Positions 1 to 12,800 of a DNA stretch of 64,000 nt are shown one piece after another; position 1 is the first letter of the stretch, and each line of letters starts with the position of its first letter. The DNA lies in contig OZ024743.1 in the NCBI GenBank assembly GCA_964016885.1, positions 132,184,001 through 132,248,000 of the forward strand. Direction: 5' to 3'. Origin of the DNA: Eledone cirrhosa (taxonomy: Eukaryota). A program made the translations under genes and the position numbers. Under the pieces are notes generated by a model. The model was not told the DNA's origin. It did not search any database and saw only the letters and a list, made by a program, of their open reading frames with translations.

Positions 1-945
1 CTTTGTGCTTGGTGTTTGGTGTTTGCTGCTTGGTGTTTGGTGCTTGGTGCTTGGTGCTTGGTGTTTTGAGTTTGGTGCTTGGTGCTTGGTGTTTGGTGCT
101 TGGTGCTTGGTGCTTGGTGTTTGTACTTGGTGCTTGGTGCTTGGTGTTTGGTTCTTGGTTCTTGGTGTTTGGTACTTGGTGCTTGGTGCTTGGTGCTTGG
201 TGTTTGGTGCTTGGTGTTTGGTGCTTGTTGCTTGGTGTTTGGTGCTTGGTGTTTGGTGTTTGGTGCTTGGTGCTTGGTGTTTGGTGTTTGGTGTTTGCTG
301 TTTGCTGTTTGGTGTTTGGTGTTTGCTGTTTGGTGTTTGGTCTTTGGTGCTTGGTGTTTGGTGCTTGGTGCTTGGTGTTTGGTGTTTGGTGCTTGGTGTT
401 TGGTGTTTGGTGTTTGGTGCTTGGTGCTTGGTGCTTGGTGTTTGGTGTTTGGTGTTTGGTGCTTGGTGTCTGGTGCTTGGTGCTTGGTGTTTGGTGCTTG
501 GTGTTTGGTGTTTGGTGTTTGGTGCTTGGTGCTTGGTGTTTGGTGTTTGGTGCTTGGTGTTTGGTGTTTGGTGCTTGTTGCTTGGTGCTTGGTGCTTGGT
601 GTTTGGTGCTTGGTGCATGGTGTTTGGTGCTGGGTGCTGGGTGCTTGGTGTTTGGTGCTTGGTGCTTGGTGCTTGGTGTTTGGTGTTTGGTGCTTGGTGT
701 TTGGTGTTTGGTGCTTGTTGCTTGGTGCTTGGTGCTTGGTGTTTGGTGCTTGGTGCTTGGTGTTTGGTGCTGGGTGCTGGGTGCTTGGTGTTTGGTGCTT
801 GGTGCTTGGTGCTTGGTGTTTGGTGCTTGGTGCTTGGTGCTTGGTCTTTGGTGCTTGGTGTTTGCTGTTTGGTGCTTGGTGCTTGGTGCTTCGTGTTTGG
901 TGCTTGGTGATTAGTGTTTGGTGCTTGGTGCTTGGGGTTTGGTGT

Positions 946-3900
946 TTGGTGCTTGGTGCTTGGTGTTTGGTGCTTGGTACTTGGTGTTTGGTGCTTGGTG
1001 TTTGGTGTTTGCTGTTTGGTGTTTGGTGTTTGGTGTTTGGTGTTTGCTGTTTGGTGTCTGCTTTTTGGTGTTTGGTGTTTGCTGTATGGTGTTTGCTGTT
1101 TCGTGTTTAGTGTTTGCTGTTTGGTGTTTGGTGCTTGGTGCTTGGTGTTTGGTGTTTGGTGTTTGGTATTTGGTGTTTGGTGCTTGGTGCTTGGTGTTTG
1201 GTGGTTGGATCTTGGTGTTTGGTGCCTGGTGCTTGGTGCTTGGTGTTTGGTGTTTGGTGCTTGGTGCTTGGTGCTTGGAGATTGGTGTTTGGTGCTTGTT
1301 GCTTGGTGTTTTGTGTTTGGTGTTTGGTTTTTGGTGCTTGGTGCTTGGTGCTTGGTCCTTGGTGTTTGGTGCTGGGTGCTTTGTGTTTGGTGCTTGGTGC
1401 TTCGTGCTTGGTGTTTGGTCTTTGCTGCTTGGTGTTTGGTGCTTGGTGCTTGGTGCTTGGTGTTTTGAGTTTGGTGCTTGGTGCTTGGTGTTTGGTGCTT
1501 GGTGCTTGGTGCTTGGTGTTTGGTGTTTGGTGCTTGGTGCTTGGTGTTTGGTGTTTGGTGTTTGCTGTTTGCTGTTTGGTGTTTGGTGTTTGCTGTTTGG
1601 TGTTTGGTCTTTGGTGTTTGGTTTTTGGTGCTTGGTGCTTGGTGTTTGGTGTTTGGTGCTTGCTGCTGGCTGCTTGGTGCTTGGTGATTGGTGCTTGGTG
1701 TTTGGTGCTTGGTGTTTGGTGTTTGGTGCTAGGTGCTTGGTGCTTGGTGTTTGGTGCTTGGTGCTTCGTGTTTGGTGTTTGGTGTTTGGTGCTTGGTGCT
1801 TGGTGTTTGGTGCTTGGTGCTTGGTGCTTGGTGCTGGGTGGTTGGTGTTTGGTGCTTGGTGTTTGGTGCTGGGTGCTTGGTGTTTGGTGCTTGGTGCTTG
1901 GTGTTTGGTGCTTGGTGTTTGGTGTTTGGTGCTTGGTGCTTGGTGTTTGGTGGTTGGTGCTTGGTGTTTGGTGCTTGGTGCTTAGTGTTTGGTGCTAGGT
2001 GCTTGGGGTTTGGTGTTTGGTGCTTGGTGTTTGGTGCTTGGTGCTTGGTGTTTGGTGTTTGGTGTTTGGTGCTTGGTGCTTGGTATTTGGTGTTTGCTGT
2101 TTGCTGTTTGGTGTTTGCTGTTTGGTGTTTGCTGCTTGGTGTTTGGTGCTTGGTGCTTGATGCTTGGTGTTTTGTGTTTGGTGCTTGGTGCTTGGTGTTT
2201 GGTGCTTGGTGCTTGGTGCTAGGTGTTTGTACTTGGTGCTTGGTGTTTGGTGCTTTATGTTTGGTGCTTGGTGCTTGATGCTTGGTGTTTTGTGTTTGGT
2301 GCTTGGTGCTTGGTGTTTGGTGCTTGGTGTTTGGTGCTAGGTGTTTGTACTTGGTGCTTGGTGTTTGGTGTTTGGTGCATGTTGCTTGGTGTTTGGTGCT
2401 TGGTGCTTTGTGCTTGGTGTTTGGTGTTTGCTGCTTGGTGTTTGGTGCTTGGTGCTTGGTGCTTGGTGTTTTGAGTTTGGTGCTTGGTGCTTGGTGTTTG
2501 GTGCTTGGTGCTTGGTGCTTGGTGTTTGTACTTGGTGCTTGGTGCTTGGTGTTTGGTTCTTGGTTCTTGGTGTTTGGTACTTGGTGCTTGGTGCTTGGTG
2601 CTTGGTGTTTGGTGCTTGGTGTTTGGTGCTTGTTGCTTGGTGTTTGGTGCTTGGTGTTTGGTGTTTGGTGCTTGGTGCTTGGTGTTTGGTGTTTGGTGTT
2701 TGCTGTTTGCTGTTTGGTGTTTGGTGTTTGCTGTTTGCTGTTTGGTGTCTGCTTTTTGGTGTTTGGTGTTTGCTGTATGGTGTTTGCTGTTTTGGTGTTT
2801 GGTGTTTGCTGTTTGGTGTTTGGTCTTTGGTGCTTGGTGTTTGGTGCTTGGTGCTTGGTGTTTGGTGTTTGGTGCTTGGTGTTTGGTGTTTGGTGTTTGG
2901 TGCTTGGTGCTTGGTGCTTGGTGTTTGGTGTTTGGTGTTTGGTGCTTGGTGTCTGGTGCTTGGTGCTTGGTGTTTGGTGCTTGGTGTTTGGTGTTTGGTG
3001 TTTGGTGCTTGGTGCTTGGTGTTTGGTGTTTGGTGCTTGGTGTTTGGTGTTTGGTGCTTGTTGCTTGGTGCTTGGTGCTTGGTGTTTGGTGCTTGGGGCT
3101 TGGTGTTTGGTGCTGAGTGCTGGGTGCTTGGTGTTTGGTGCTTGGTGCTTGGTGCTTGGTGTTTGGTGCTTGGTGCTTGGTGCTTGGTCTTTGGTGCTTG
3201 GTGTTTGCTGTTTGGTGTTTGGTGCTTGGTGCTTGGTGCTTGGTGCTTGGTGTTTGGTGTTTGGTGTTTGATGCTTGGTGTTTGCTGCTTGGTGCTTGGT
3301 GCTTGGTGTTTTGTGTTTGGTGCTTGGTGCTTGGTGCCTGGTGTTTGGTTTTTGGTGCTTGGTGTTTGGTGCTTGGTGCTTGGTGTTTGGTGTTTGGTGC
3401 TTGGTGCTTGGAGCTTGGTGTTTGGTGCTTAGTGCTTGGTGCTTGGTGCTTGGTGTTTGGTGCTTGGTGCTTGGTGCTTGGTGTTGGTGTTTGGTGTTTG
3501 GTGCTTGGTGTTTGGTGCTTGGTGCTTGGTGCTGGGTGGTTGGTGTTTGGTGCTTGGTGTTTGGTGTTTGGTGCTTGGTGCTTGGTGTTTGGTGCTTGGT
3601 GCTTGGTGCTTGGTGATTATTGTTTGGTGCTTGGTTCTTGGTGCCTGGTGCTTGGTGCTTGGTGCTTGTTGTTTGGTGCTTGGTGCTCGGTGATTAGTGT
3701 TTGGTGCTTGGTGCTTGGGGTTTGGTGTTTGGTGCTTGTGGTTTGGTGTTTGGTGCTTGGTGCTTGGTGTTTGGTGCTTAGTGCTTGGTGCTTGGTGTTT
3801 GGTGCTTGGTCCTTGGTGCTTGGTGTTGGTGTTTGGTGTTTGGTGCTTGGTGTTTGGTGCTTGGTGCTTGGTGCTGGGTGGTTGGTGTTTGGTGCTTGGT

Positions 3901-6900
3901 GTTTGGTGTTTGGTGCTTGGTGCTTGGTGTTTGGTGCTTGGTGCTTGGTGCTTGGTGATGGTGTTTGGTGTTTGGTGCTTGGTGTTTGGTGTTTGGTGCT
4001 GGGTGCTTGGTGTTTGGTGTTTGGTGCTTGGTGCTTGGTGCTTGGTGTTTGGTGTTTGGTGCTTGGTGCTTGGTGTTTGGTGCTTGGTGTTTGGTGTTTG
4101 GTGTTTGGTGCTTGGTGCTTGGTGTTTGGTGCTTGGTGTTTGGTGCTTGGTGCTTTGTGTTTGGTGCTTGGTGCTTGGTGTTTGCTGCTTGGTGCTTGGT
4201 TTTTGGTGTTTGATGCTGCGTGCTTGGTGTTTGGTGTTTGGTGCTTGGTGCTTGGTGTTTGGTGTTTGGTGCTTGGTGCCTGGTGCTTGTTGTTTGGTGT
4301 TTGGTGCTTGGTGCTTGGTGTTTGGTGTTGTTGCTTGGTGCTTGGTGCTTGGTGCCTGGTGCTTGGTGCTTGGTGTTTGGTGCTTGGTGCTTGGTGCTTG
4401 GTGTTTGGTGATTGGTGCTTGGTGCTTGGTGTTTGGTGCTTGGTGCTTGGTGTTTGGTGCTAGGTGTTATGTGCTTGGTGTTTGGTGCTTGGTGCTTGGT
4501 GCTTGGTGTTAGGTGTTTGGAGCTTGGTGCTTGGTGTTTGATGTTTGGTCCTTGGTGCTTGGTGTTTGGTGCTTGGTGCTTGGTGTTTGGTGTTTGGTGC
4601 TTGCTGCTTGCTGCTTGGTGTTTGGTGCTTGGTGATTGGTACTTGGTGTTTGGTGCTTGGTGCTTGGTGTTTGGTGTTTGGTGCTAGGTGCTTGGTGCTT
4701 GGTGCTTGGTGTTTGGTGCTTGGTGCTTGGTGTTTGGTGTTTGGTGCTTGGTGCTTGGGGCTTGGTGTTTGGTGCTTAGTGCTTGGTGCTTGGTGTTTGG
4801 TGCTTGGTGCTTGGTGTTTGGTGTTTGGTGATAGGTGCTTGGTGCTTGGTGTTTGGTGTTTGGTGCTTGGTGTTTGGTGCTTGGTGCTTGGTGCTTGGTG
4901 CTTATTGTTTGGTGCTTGGTACTTGGTGCTTGGTGCTTGGTCTTTGGTGCTTGGTGTTTGGTGTTTGGTGCTTGGTGCCTGCTGCTTGTTGTTTGGTGTT
5001 TGGTGCTAAGTGCTTGGTGTTTGGTGTTTGGTGCTTGGTGCTTGGTGGCTGGTGTTTGGTGCTTGGTGTTTGGTGATTGGTGCTTGGTGCTTGGTGCCTG
5101 GTGTTTCGTGCTTGGTGCTTGGTGCTTGTTGTTTGGTGTTTGGTGCTTGGTGGTTGGTGTTTGGTACTTGGTGCTTGGTGTTTGGTGCTTGGTGCTTGGT
5201 GCTTTGTGTTTGATGCTGCGTGCTTGGTGTTTGATGTTTGCTGCTTGGTGCTTGGTGTTTGGTGTTTCGTGCTTGGTGCCTGGTGCTTGTTGTTTGGTGT
5301 TTGCTGCTTGGTGCTTGGTGTTTGGTGTTTGGTGCTTGGTGCTTGGTATCTGGTGTTTGGTGCTTGGTGTTTGGTGTTTGGTGCTTGGTGCTTGGTGCTT
5401 GGTGTTTGGTGCTTGGTACTTGGTGTTTGGTGCTTGGTGTTTGGTGTTTGCTGTTTGGTGTTTGGTGTTTGGTGTTTGGTGTTTGCTGTTTGGTGTCTGC
5501 TTTTTGGTGTTTGGTGTTTGCTGTATGGTGTTTGCTGTTTCGTGTTTAGTGTTTGCTGTTTGGTGTTTGGTGCTTGGTGCTTGGTGTTTGGTGTTTGGTG
5601 TTTGGTATTTGGTGTTTGGTGCTTGGTGCTTGGTTTTTGGTGGTTGGATCTTGGTGTTTGGTGCCTGGTGCTTGGTGCTTGGTGTTTGGTGTTTGGTGCT
5701 TGGTGCTTGGTGCTTGGAGATTGGTGTTTGGTGCTTGTTGCTTGGTGTTTTGTGTTTGGTGTTTGGTTTTTGGTGCTTGGTGCTTGGTGCTTGGTCCTTG
5801 GTGTTTGGTGCTGGGTGCTTTGTGTTTGGTGCTTGGTGCTTCGTGCTTGGTGTTTGGTCTTTGCTGCTTGGTGTTTGGTGCTTGGTGCTTGGTGCTTGGT
5901 GTTTTGAGTTTGGTGCTTGGTGCTTGGTGTTTGGTGCTTGGTGCTTGGTGCTTGGTGTTTGGTGTTTGGTGCTTGGTGCTTGGTGTTTGGTGTTTGGTGT
6001 TTGCTGTTTGCTGTTTGGTGTTTGGTGTTTGCTGTTTGGTGTTTGGTCTTTGGTGTTTGGTTTTTGGTGCTTGGTGCTTGGTGTTTGGTGTTTGGTGCTT
6101 GCTGCTGGCTGCTTGGTGCTTGGTGATTGGTGCTTGGTGTTTGGTGCTTGGTGTTTGGTGTTTGGTGCTAGGTGCTTGGTGCTTGGTGTTTGGTGCTTGG
6201 TGCTTCGTGTTTGGTGTTTGGTGTTTGGTGCTTGGTGCTTGGTGTTTGGTGCTTGGTGCTTGGTGCTTGGTGCTGGGTGGTTGGTGTTTGGTGCTTGGTG
6301 TTTGGTGCTGGGTGCTTGGTGTTTGGTGCTTGGTGCTTGGTGTTTGGTGCTTGGTGTTTGGTGTTTGGTGCTTGGTGCTTGGTGTTTGGTGGTTGGTGCT
6401 TGGTGTTTGGTGCTTGGTGCTTAGTGTTTGGTGCTAGGTGCTTGGGGTTTGGTGTTTGGTGCTTGGTGTTTGGTGCTTGGTGCTTGGTGTTTGGTGTTTG
6501 GTGTTTGGTGCTTGGTGCTTGGTATTTGGTGTTTGCTGTTTGCTGTTTGGTGTTTGCTGTTTGGTGTTTGCTGCTTGGTGTTTGGTGCTTGGTGCTTGAT
6601 GCTTGGTGTTTTGTGTTTGGTGCTTGGTGCTTGGTGTTTGGTGCTTGGTGCTTGGTGCTAGGTGTTTGTACTTGGTGCTTGGTGTTTGGTGCTTTATGTT
6701 TGGTGCTTGGTGCTTGATGCTTGGTGTTTTGTGTTTGGTGCTTGGTGCTTGGTGTTTGGTGCTTGGTGTTTGGTGCTAGGTGTTTGTACTTGGTGCTTGG
6801 TGTTTGGTGTTTGGTGCATGTTGCTTGGTGTTTGGTGCTTGGTGCTTTGTGCTTGGTGTTTGGTGTTTGCTGCTTGGTGTTTGGTGCTTGGTGCTTGGTG

Positions 6901-9850
6901 CTTGGTGTTTTGAGTTTGGTGCTTGGTGCTTGGTGTTTGGTGCTTGGTGCTTGGTGCTTGGTGTTTGTACTTGGTGCTTGGTGCTTGGTGTTTGGTTCTT
7001 GGTTCTTGGTGTTTGGTACTTGGTGCTTGGTGCTTGGTGCTTGGTGTTTGGTGCTTGGTGTTTGGTGCTTGTTGCTTGGTGTTTGGTGCTTGGTGTTTGG
7101 TGTTTGGTGCTTGGTGCTTGGTGTTTGGTGTTTGGTGTTTGCTGTTTGCTGTTTGGTGTTTGGTGTTTGCTGTTTGCTGTTTGGTGTCTGCTTTTTGGTG
7201 TTTGGTGTTTGCTGTATGGTGTTTGCTGTTTTGGTGTTTGGTGTTTGCTGTTTGGTGTTTGGTCTTTGGTGCTTGGTGTTTGGTGCTTGGTGCTTGGTGT
7301 TTGGTGTTTGGTGCTTGGTGTTTGGTGTTTGGTGTTTGGTGCTTGGTGCTTGGTGCTTGGTGTTTGGTGTTTGGTGTTTGGTGCTTGGTGTCTGGTGCTT
7401 GGTGCTTGGTGTTTGGTGCTTGGTGTTTGGTGTTTGGTGTTTGGTGCTTGGTGCTTGGTGTTTGGTGTTTGGTGCTTGGTGTTTGGTGTTTGGTGCTTGT
7501 TGCTTGGTGCTTGGTGCTTGGTGTTTGGTGCTTGGGGCTTGGTGTTTGGTGCTGAGTGCTGGGTGCTTGGTGTTTGGTGCTTGGTGCTTGGTGCTTGGTG
7601 TTTGGTGCTTGGTGCTTGGTGCTTGGTCTTTGGTGCTTGGTGTTTGCTGTTTGGTGTTTGGTGCTTGGTGCTTGGTGCTTGGTGCTTGGTGTTTGGTGTT
7701 TGGTGTTTGATGCTTGGTGTTTGCTGCTTGGTGCTTGGTGCTTGGTGTTTTGTGTTTGGTGCTTGGTGCTTGGTGCCTGGTGTTTGGTTTTTGGTGCTTG
7801 GTGTTTGGTGCTTGGTGCTTGGTGTTTGGTGTTTGGTGCTTGGTGCTTGGAGCTTGGTGTTTGGTGCTTAGTGCTTGGTGCTTGGTGCTTGGTGTTTGGT
7901 GCTTGGTGCTTGGTGCTTGGTGTTGGTGTTTGGTGTTTGGTGCTTGGTGTTTGGTGCTTGGTGCTTGGTGCTGGGTGGTTGGTGTTTGGTGCTTGGTGTT
8001 TGGTGTTTGGTGCTTGGTGCTTGGTGTTTGGTGCTTGGTGCTTGGTGCTTGGTGATTATTGTTTGGTGCTTGGTTCTTGGTGCCTGGTGCTTGGTGCTTG
8101 GTGCTTGTTGTTTGGTGCTTGGTGCTCGGTGATTAGTGTTTGGTGCTTGGTGCTTGGGGTTTGGTGTTTGGTGCTTGTGGTTTGGTGTTTGGTGCTTGGT
8201 GCTTGGTGTTTGGTGCTTAGTGCTTGGTGCTTGGTGTTTGGTGCTTGGTCCTTGGTGCTTGGTGTTGGTGTTTGGTGTTTGGTGCTTGGTGTTTGGTGCT
8301 TGGTGCTTGGTGCTGGGTGGTTGGTGTTTGGTGCTTGGTGTTTGGTGTTTGGTGCTTGGTGCTTGGTGTTTGGTGCTTGGTGCTTGGTGCTTGGTGATGG
8401 TGTTTGGTGTTTGGTGCTTGGTGTTTGGTGTTTGGTGCTGGGTGCTTGGTGTTTGGTGTTTGGTGCTTGGTGCTTGGTGCTTGGTGTTTGGTGTTTGGTG
8501 CTTGGTGCTTGGTGTTTGGTGCTTGGTGTTTGGTGTTTGGTGTTTGGTGCTTGGTGCTTGGTGTTTGGTGCTTGGTGTTTGGTGCTTGGTGCTTTGTGTT
8601 TGGTGCTTGGTGCTTGGTGTTTGCTGCTTGGTGCTTGGTTTTTGGTGTTTGATGCTGCGTGCTTGGTGTTTGGTGTTTGGTGCTTGGTGCTTGGTGTTTG
8701 GTGTTTGGTGCTTGGTGCCTGGTGCTTGTTGTTTGGTGTTTGGTGCTTGGTGCTTGGTGTTTGGTGTTGTTGCTTGGTGCTTGGTGCTTGGTGCCTGGTG
8801 CTTGGTGCTTGGTGTTTGGTGCTTGGTGCTTGGTGCTTGGTGTTTGGTGATTGGTGCTTGGTGCTTGGTGTTTGGTGCTTGGTGCTTGGTGTTTGGTGCT
8901 AGGTGTTATGTGCTTGGTGTTTGGTGCTTGGTGCTTGGTGCTTGGTGTTAGGTGTTTGGAGCTTGGTGCTTGGTGTTTGATGTTTGGTCCTTGGTGCTTG
9001 GTGTTTGGTGCTTGGTGCTTGGTGTTTGGTGTTTGGTGCTTGCTGCTTGCTGCTTGGTGTTTGGTGCTTGGTGATTGGTACTTGGTGTTTGGTGCTTGGT
9101 GCTTGGTGTTTGGTGTTTGGTGCTAGGTGCTTGGTGCTTGGTGCTTGGTGTTTGGTGCTTGGTGCTTGGTGTTTGGTGTTTGGTGCTTGGTGCTTGGGGC
9201 TTGGTGTTTGGTGCTTAGTGCTTGGTGCTTGGTGTTTGGTGCTTGGTGCTTGGTGTTTGGTGTTTGGTGATAGGTGCTTGGTGCTTGGTGTTTGGTGTTT
9301 GGTGCTTGGTGTTTGGTGCTTGGTGCTTGGTGCTTGGTGCTTATTGTTTGGTGCTTGGTACTTGGTGCTTGGTGCTTGGTCTTTGGTGCTTGGTGTTTGG
9401 TGTTTGGTGCTTGGTGCCTGCTGCTTGTTGTTTGGTGTTTGGTGCTAAGTGCTTGGTGTTTGGTGTTTGGTGCTTGGTGCTTGGTGGCTGGTGTTTGGTG
9501 CTTGGTGTTTGGTGATTGGTGCTTGGTGCTTGGTGCCTGGTGTTTCGTGCTTGGTGCTTGGTGCTTGTTGTTTGGTGTTTGGTGCTTGGTGGTTGGTGTT
9601 TGGTACTTGGTGCTTGGTGTTTGGTGCTTGGTGCTTGGTGCTTTGTGTTTGATGCTGCGTGCTTGGTGTTTGATGTTTGCTGCTTGGTGCTTGGTGTTTG
9701 GTGTTTCGTGCTTGGTGCCTGGTGCTTGTTGTTTGGTGTTTGCTGCTTGGTGCTTGGTGTTTGGTGTTTGGTGCTTGGTGCTTGGTATCTGGTGTTTGGT
9801 GCTTGGTGTTTGGTGTTTGGTGCTTGGTGCTTGGTGCTTGGTGTTTGGTG
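946..9850 (+). repeat. Higher-order tandem duplication, unit 4439 bp, 2 near-identical copies
   Basis: Identical ORF translations recur at a constant 4439 offset (1478/5917, 2282/6721, 3117/7556, 4783/9222, 5010/9449). Rare markers TTGGATC (~1205/5644) and GGAGATT (~1277/5716) are duplicated. Identity starts at ~946 and ends at ~9850. One G>T difference seen near 5635. Confidence 0.95.
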
Positions 9851-9859
9851 TTTGGTGCT

Positions 9860-12800
9860 TGGTGCTTGGTGTTTGGTGCTTGGTGTTTGGTGTTTGGTGT
9901 TTGATGCTTGGTGTTTGCTGCTTGGTGCTTGGTGCTTGGTGTTTTGTGTTTGGTGCTGGGTGCTTGGTGCCTGGTGCTTGGTGCTTGGTGCTTGTTGTTT
10001 GATGCTTGGTGCTTGGTGATTAGTGTTTGGTGCTTGGTGCTTGCGGTTTGGTGTTTCGTGCTTGTAGTTTGGTGTTTGGTGCTTGGTGCTTGGTGTTTGG
10101 TGCTTGGTGCTTGGTGTTTGGTGCTTGGTGCCTGGTGCTTGGTGTTTGCTGCTTGGTGCTTGGTGTTTGGTGCTTATTGTTTGGTGCTTGGTGCTTGGTG
10201 CTTGGTGCTTGGTGTTAGGTGTTTGGTGCTTGGTGCTTGGTGTTTGATGTTTGGTGCTTGGTGTTTGGTGCTTGGTGCTTGGTTTTGGTGTTTGGTGCTT
10301 GCTGCTTGCTGCTTGGTGTTTGGTGCTTGGTGATTGGTGCTTGGTGTTTTGTGCTTGGTGCTTGGTGTTTGGTGTTTGGTGCTAGGGGCTTGGTGCTTGG
10401 TGCTCGGTGATTAGTGTTTGGTGCTTGGTGCTTCAGGTTTGGTGTTTGGTGCTTGTGGCTTGGTGTTTGGTGTTTGATGCTGCGTGCTTGGTGTTTGGTG
10501 TTTGGTGCTTGGTGCTTGGTGTTTGGTGTTTGGTGCTTGGTGCCTGGTGCTTGTTGTTTGGTGTTTGGTGCTTGGTGCTTGGTGTTTGGTGTTTGTTGCT
10601 TGGTGCTTGGTATCTTGTGTTTGGTGCTTGGTGTTTGGTGTTTGGTGCTTGGTGCTTGGTGCTTGGTGTTTGGTGTTTGGTGCTTGGTTCTTGGTGTTTG
10701 GTGCTTGGTGTTTGGTGTTTGGTGTTTGATGCTTGGTGTTTGTTGCTTGGTGCTTGGTGCTTGGTGTTTTGTGTTTGGTGCTTGGTGCTTGGTGCCTGGT
10801 GCTTGGTGCTTGGTGCTTGGTGTTTGGTGCTTGGTGCTTGGTGCTTGGTGTTTGGTGATTGGTGCTTGGTGCTTGGTGTTTGGTGCTTGGTGCTTGGTGT
10901 TTGGTGCTTGGTGTTTGGTGCTTGGTGCTTGGTGTTTGGTGCTTGGTGTTATGTGCTTGGTGTTTGGTGCTTGGTGCTTGGTGCTTGGTGTTAGGTGTTT
11001 AGAGCTTGGTGCTTGTTGTTTGATGTTTGGTCCTTGGTGCTTGGTGTTTGGTGCTTGGTGCTTGGTGTTTGGTGTTTGGTGCTTGCTGCTTGCTGCTTGG
11101 TGTTTGGTGCTTGGTGATTGGTGCTTGGTGTTTGGTGCTTGGTGCTTGGTGTTTGGTGTTTGGTGCTAGGTGCTTGGTGCTTGGTGTTTGGTGCTTGGTG
11201 CTTGGTGTTAGGTGATTGGTGCTTGGTGTTTGGTGCTTGGTGCTTGGTGCTTGGTGCTTGGTGCTTGGTATTAGGCGTTTGGTGCTTGGTGCTTGGTGTT
11301 TGATGTTTGGTCCTTGGTGCTTGGTGTTTAGTATTTGGTGCTTGGTGCTTGGTGTTTGGTGTTTGGTGCTTGCTGCTTGCTGCTTGGTGTTTGGTGCTTG
11401 GTGATTGGTGCTTGGTGTTTTGTGCTTTTTGCTTGGTGTTTGGTGTTTGGTGCTAGGGTCTTGGTGCTTGGTGCTTGGTGTTTGGTGCTTGGTGCTTGGT
11501 GTTTGGTGTTTGGTGCTTGGTGCGTGGGGCTTGGTGTTTGGTGCTTGGTGTTTGGTGCTTGGTGTTTGGTGCTTGCTGTTTGGTGCTTGGTGCTTGGTGT
11601 TTGGTGTTTGGTGTTTGGTGCTTGGTGCTTGGTGTTTGGTGCTTGGTGCTTGGTGCTTGGGGCTTGGTGTTTGGTGCTTAGTGCTTGGTGCTTGGTGTTT
11701 GGTGCTTGGTGCTTGGTGTTTGGTGTTTGGTGCTAGGTGCTTGGTGCTTGGTGTTTGGTGTTTGGTGCTTGGTGACTGGTGCTTGGTGCTTAGTGCTTGG
11801 TGCTTATTGTTTGGTGCTTGGTACTTGGTGCTTGGTGCTTGGTCTTTGGTGCTTGGTGTTTGGTGTTTGGTGCTTGGTGCTTGGTGTTTGGTGCTTGGTG
11901 CTTGGTGCTTGGTGTTTGGTGCTTGGTGCTTGGTGCTTGGTGATTAGTGTTTGGTGCCTGGTGCTTGGTGCCTGGTGCTTGGTGCTTGGTGCTTGTTGTT
12001 TGGTGCTTGGTGCTTGGTGATTAGTGTTTGGTGCTTGGTGCTTGAGGTTTGGTGTTTGGTGCTTGGGGTTTGGTGTTTGGTGCTGGGTGCTTTGTGTTTG
12101 GTGCTTGGTATTTGGTGCTTGGTGCTTGGTGTTTGGTGCTTGGTGCCTGGTGCTTGGTGTTTGGTGCTTGGTGCTTGGTGTTAGGTGATTGGTGCTTGGT
12201 GCTTGGTTCTTGGTGCTTGGTGTTAGGCGTTTGGTGCTTGGTGCTTGGTGTTTGATGTTTGGTCCTTGGTGCTTAGTGTTTGGTATTTGGTGCTTGGTGC
12301 TTGGTGTTTGGTGTTTGGTGCTTGCTGCTTGCTGCTTGGTGTTTGGTGCTTGGTGATTGGTGCTTGGTGTTTTGTGCTTTTTGCTTGGTGTTTGGTGTTT
12401 GGTGCTAGGGTCTTGGTGCTTGGTGCTTGGTGTTTGGTGCTTGGTGCTTGGTGTTTGGTGTTTGGTGCTTGGTGCGTGGGGCTTGGTGTTTGGTGCTTGG
12501 TGTTTGGTGCTTGGTGTTTGGTGCTTGCTGTTTGGTGCTTGGTGCTTGGTGTTTGGTGTTTGGTGTTTGGTGCTTGGTGCTTGGTGTTTGGTGCTTGGTG
12601 CTTGGTGCTTGGTGCTTGGTGCTTGGTGTTTGGTGCTTGGTGCTTGGTGATTAGCGTTTGGTGATTGGTGCTTGGGGTTTGGTGTTTGGTACTTGGTGTT
12701 TGGTGCTTGGTGCTTGCTGTTTGGTGTTTGGTGTTTGGTTCTTGGTGCTTGGTGTTTGGTGTTTGGTGTTTGGTGCTTGGTGCTTGGTGCTTGGTGTTTG

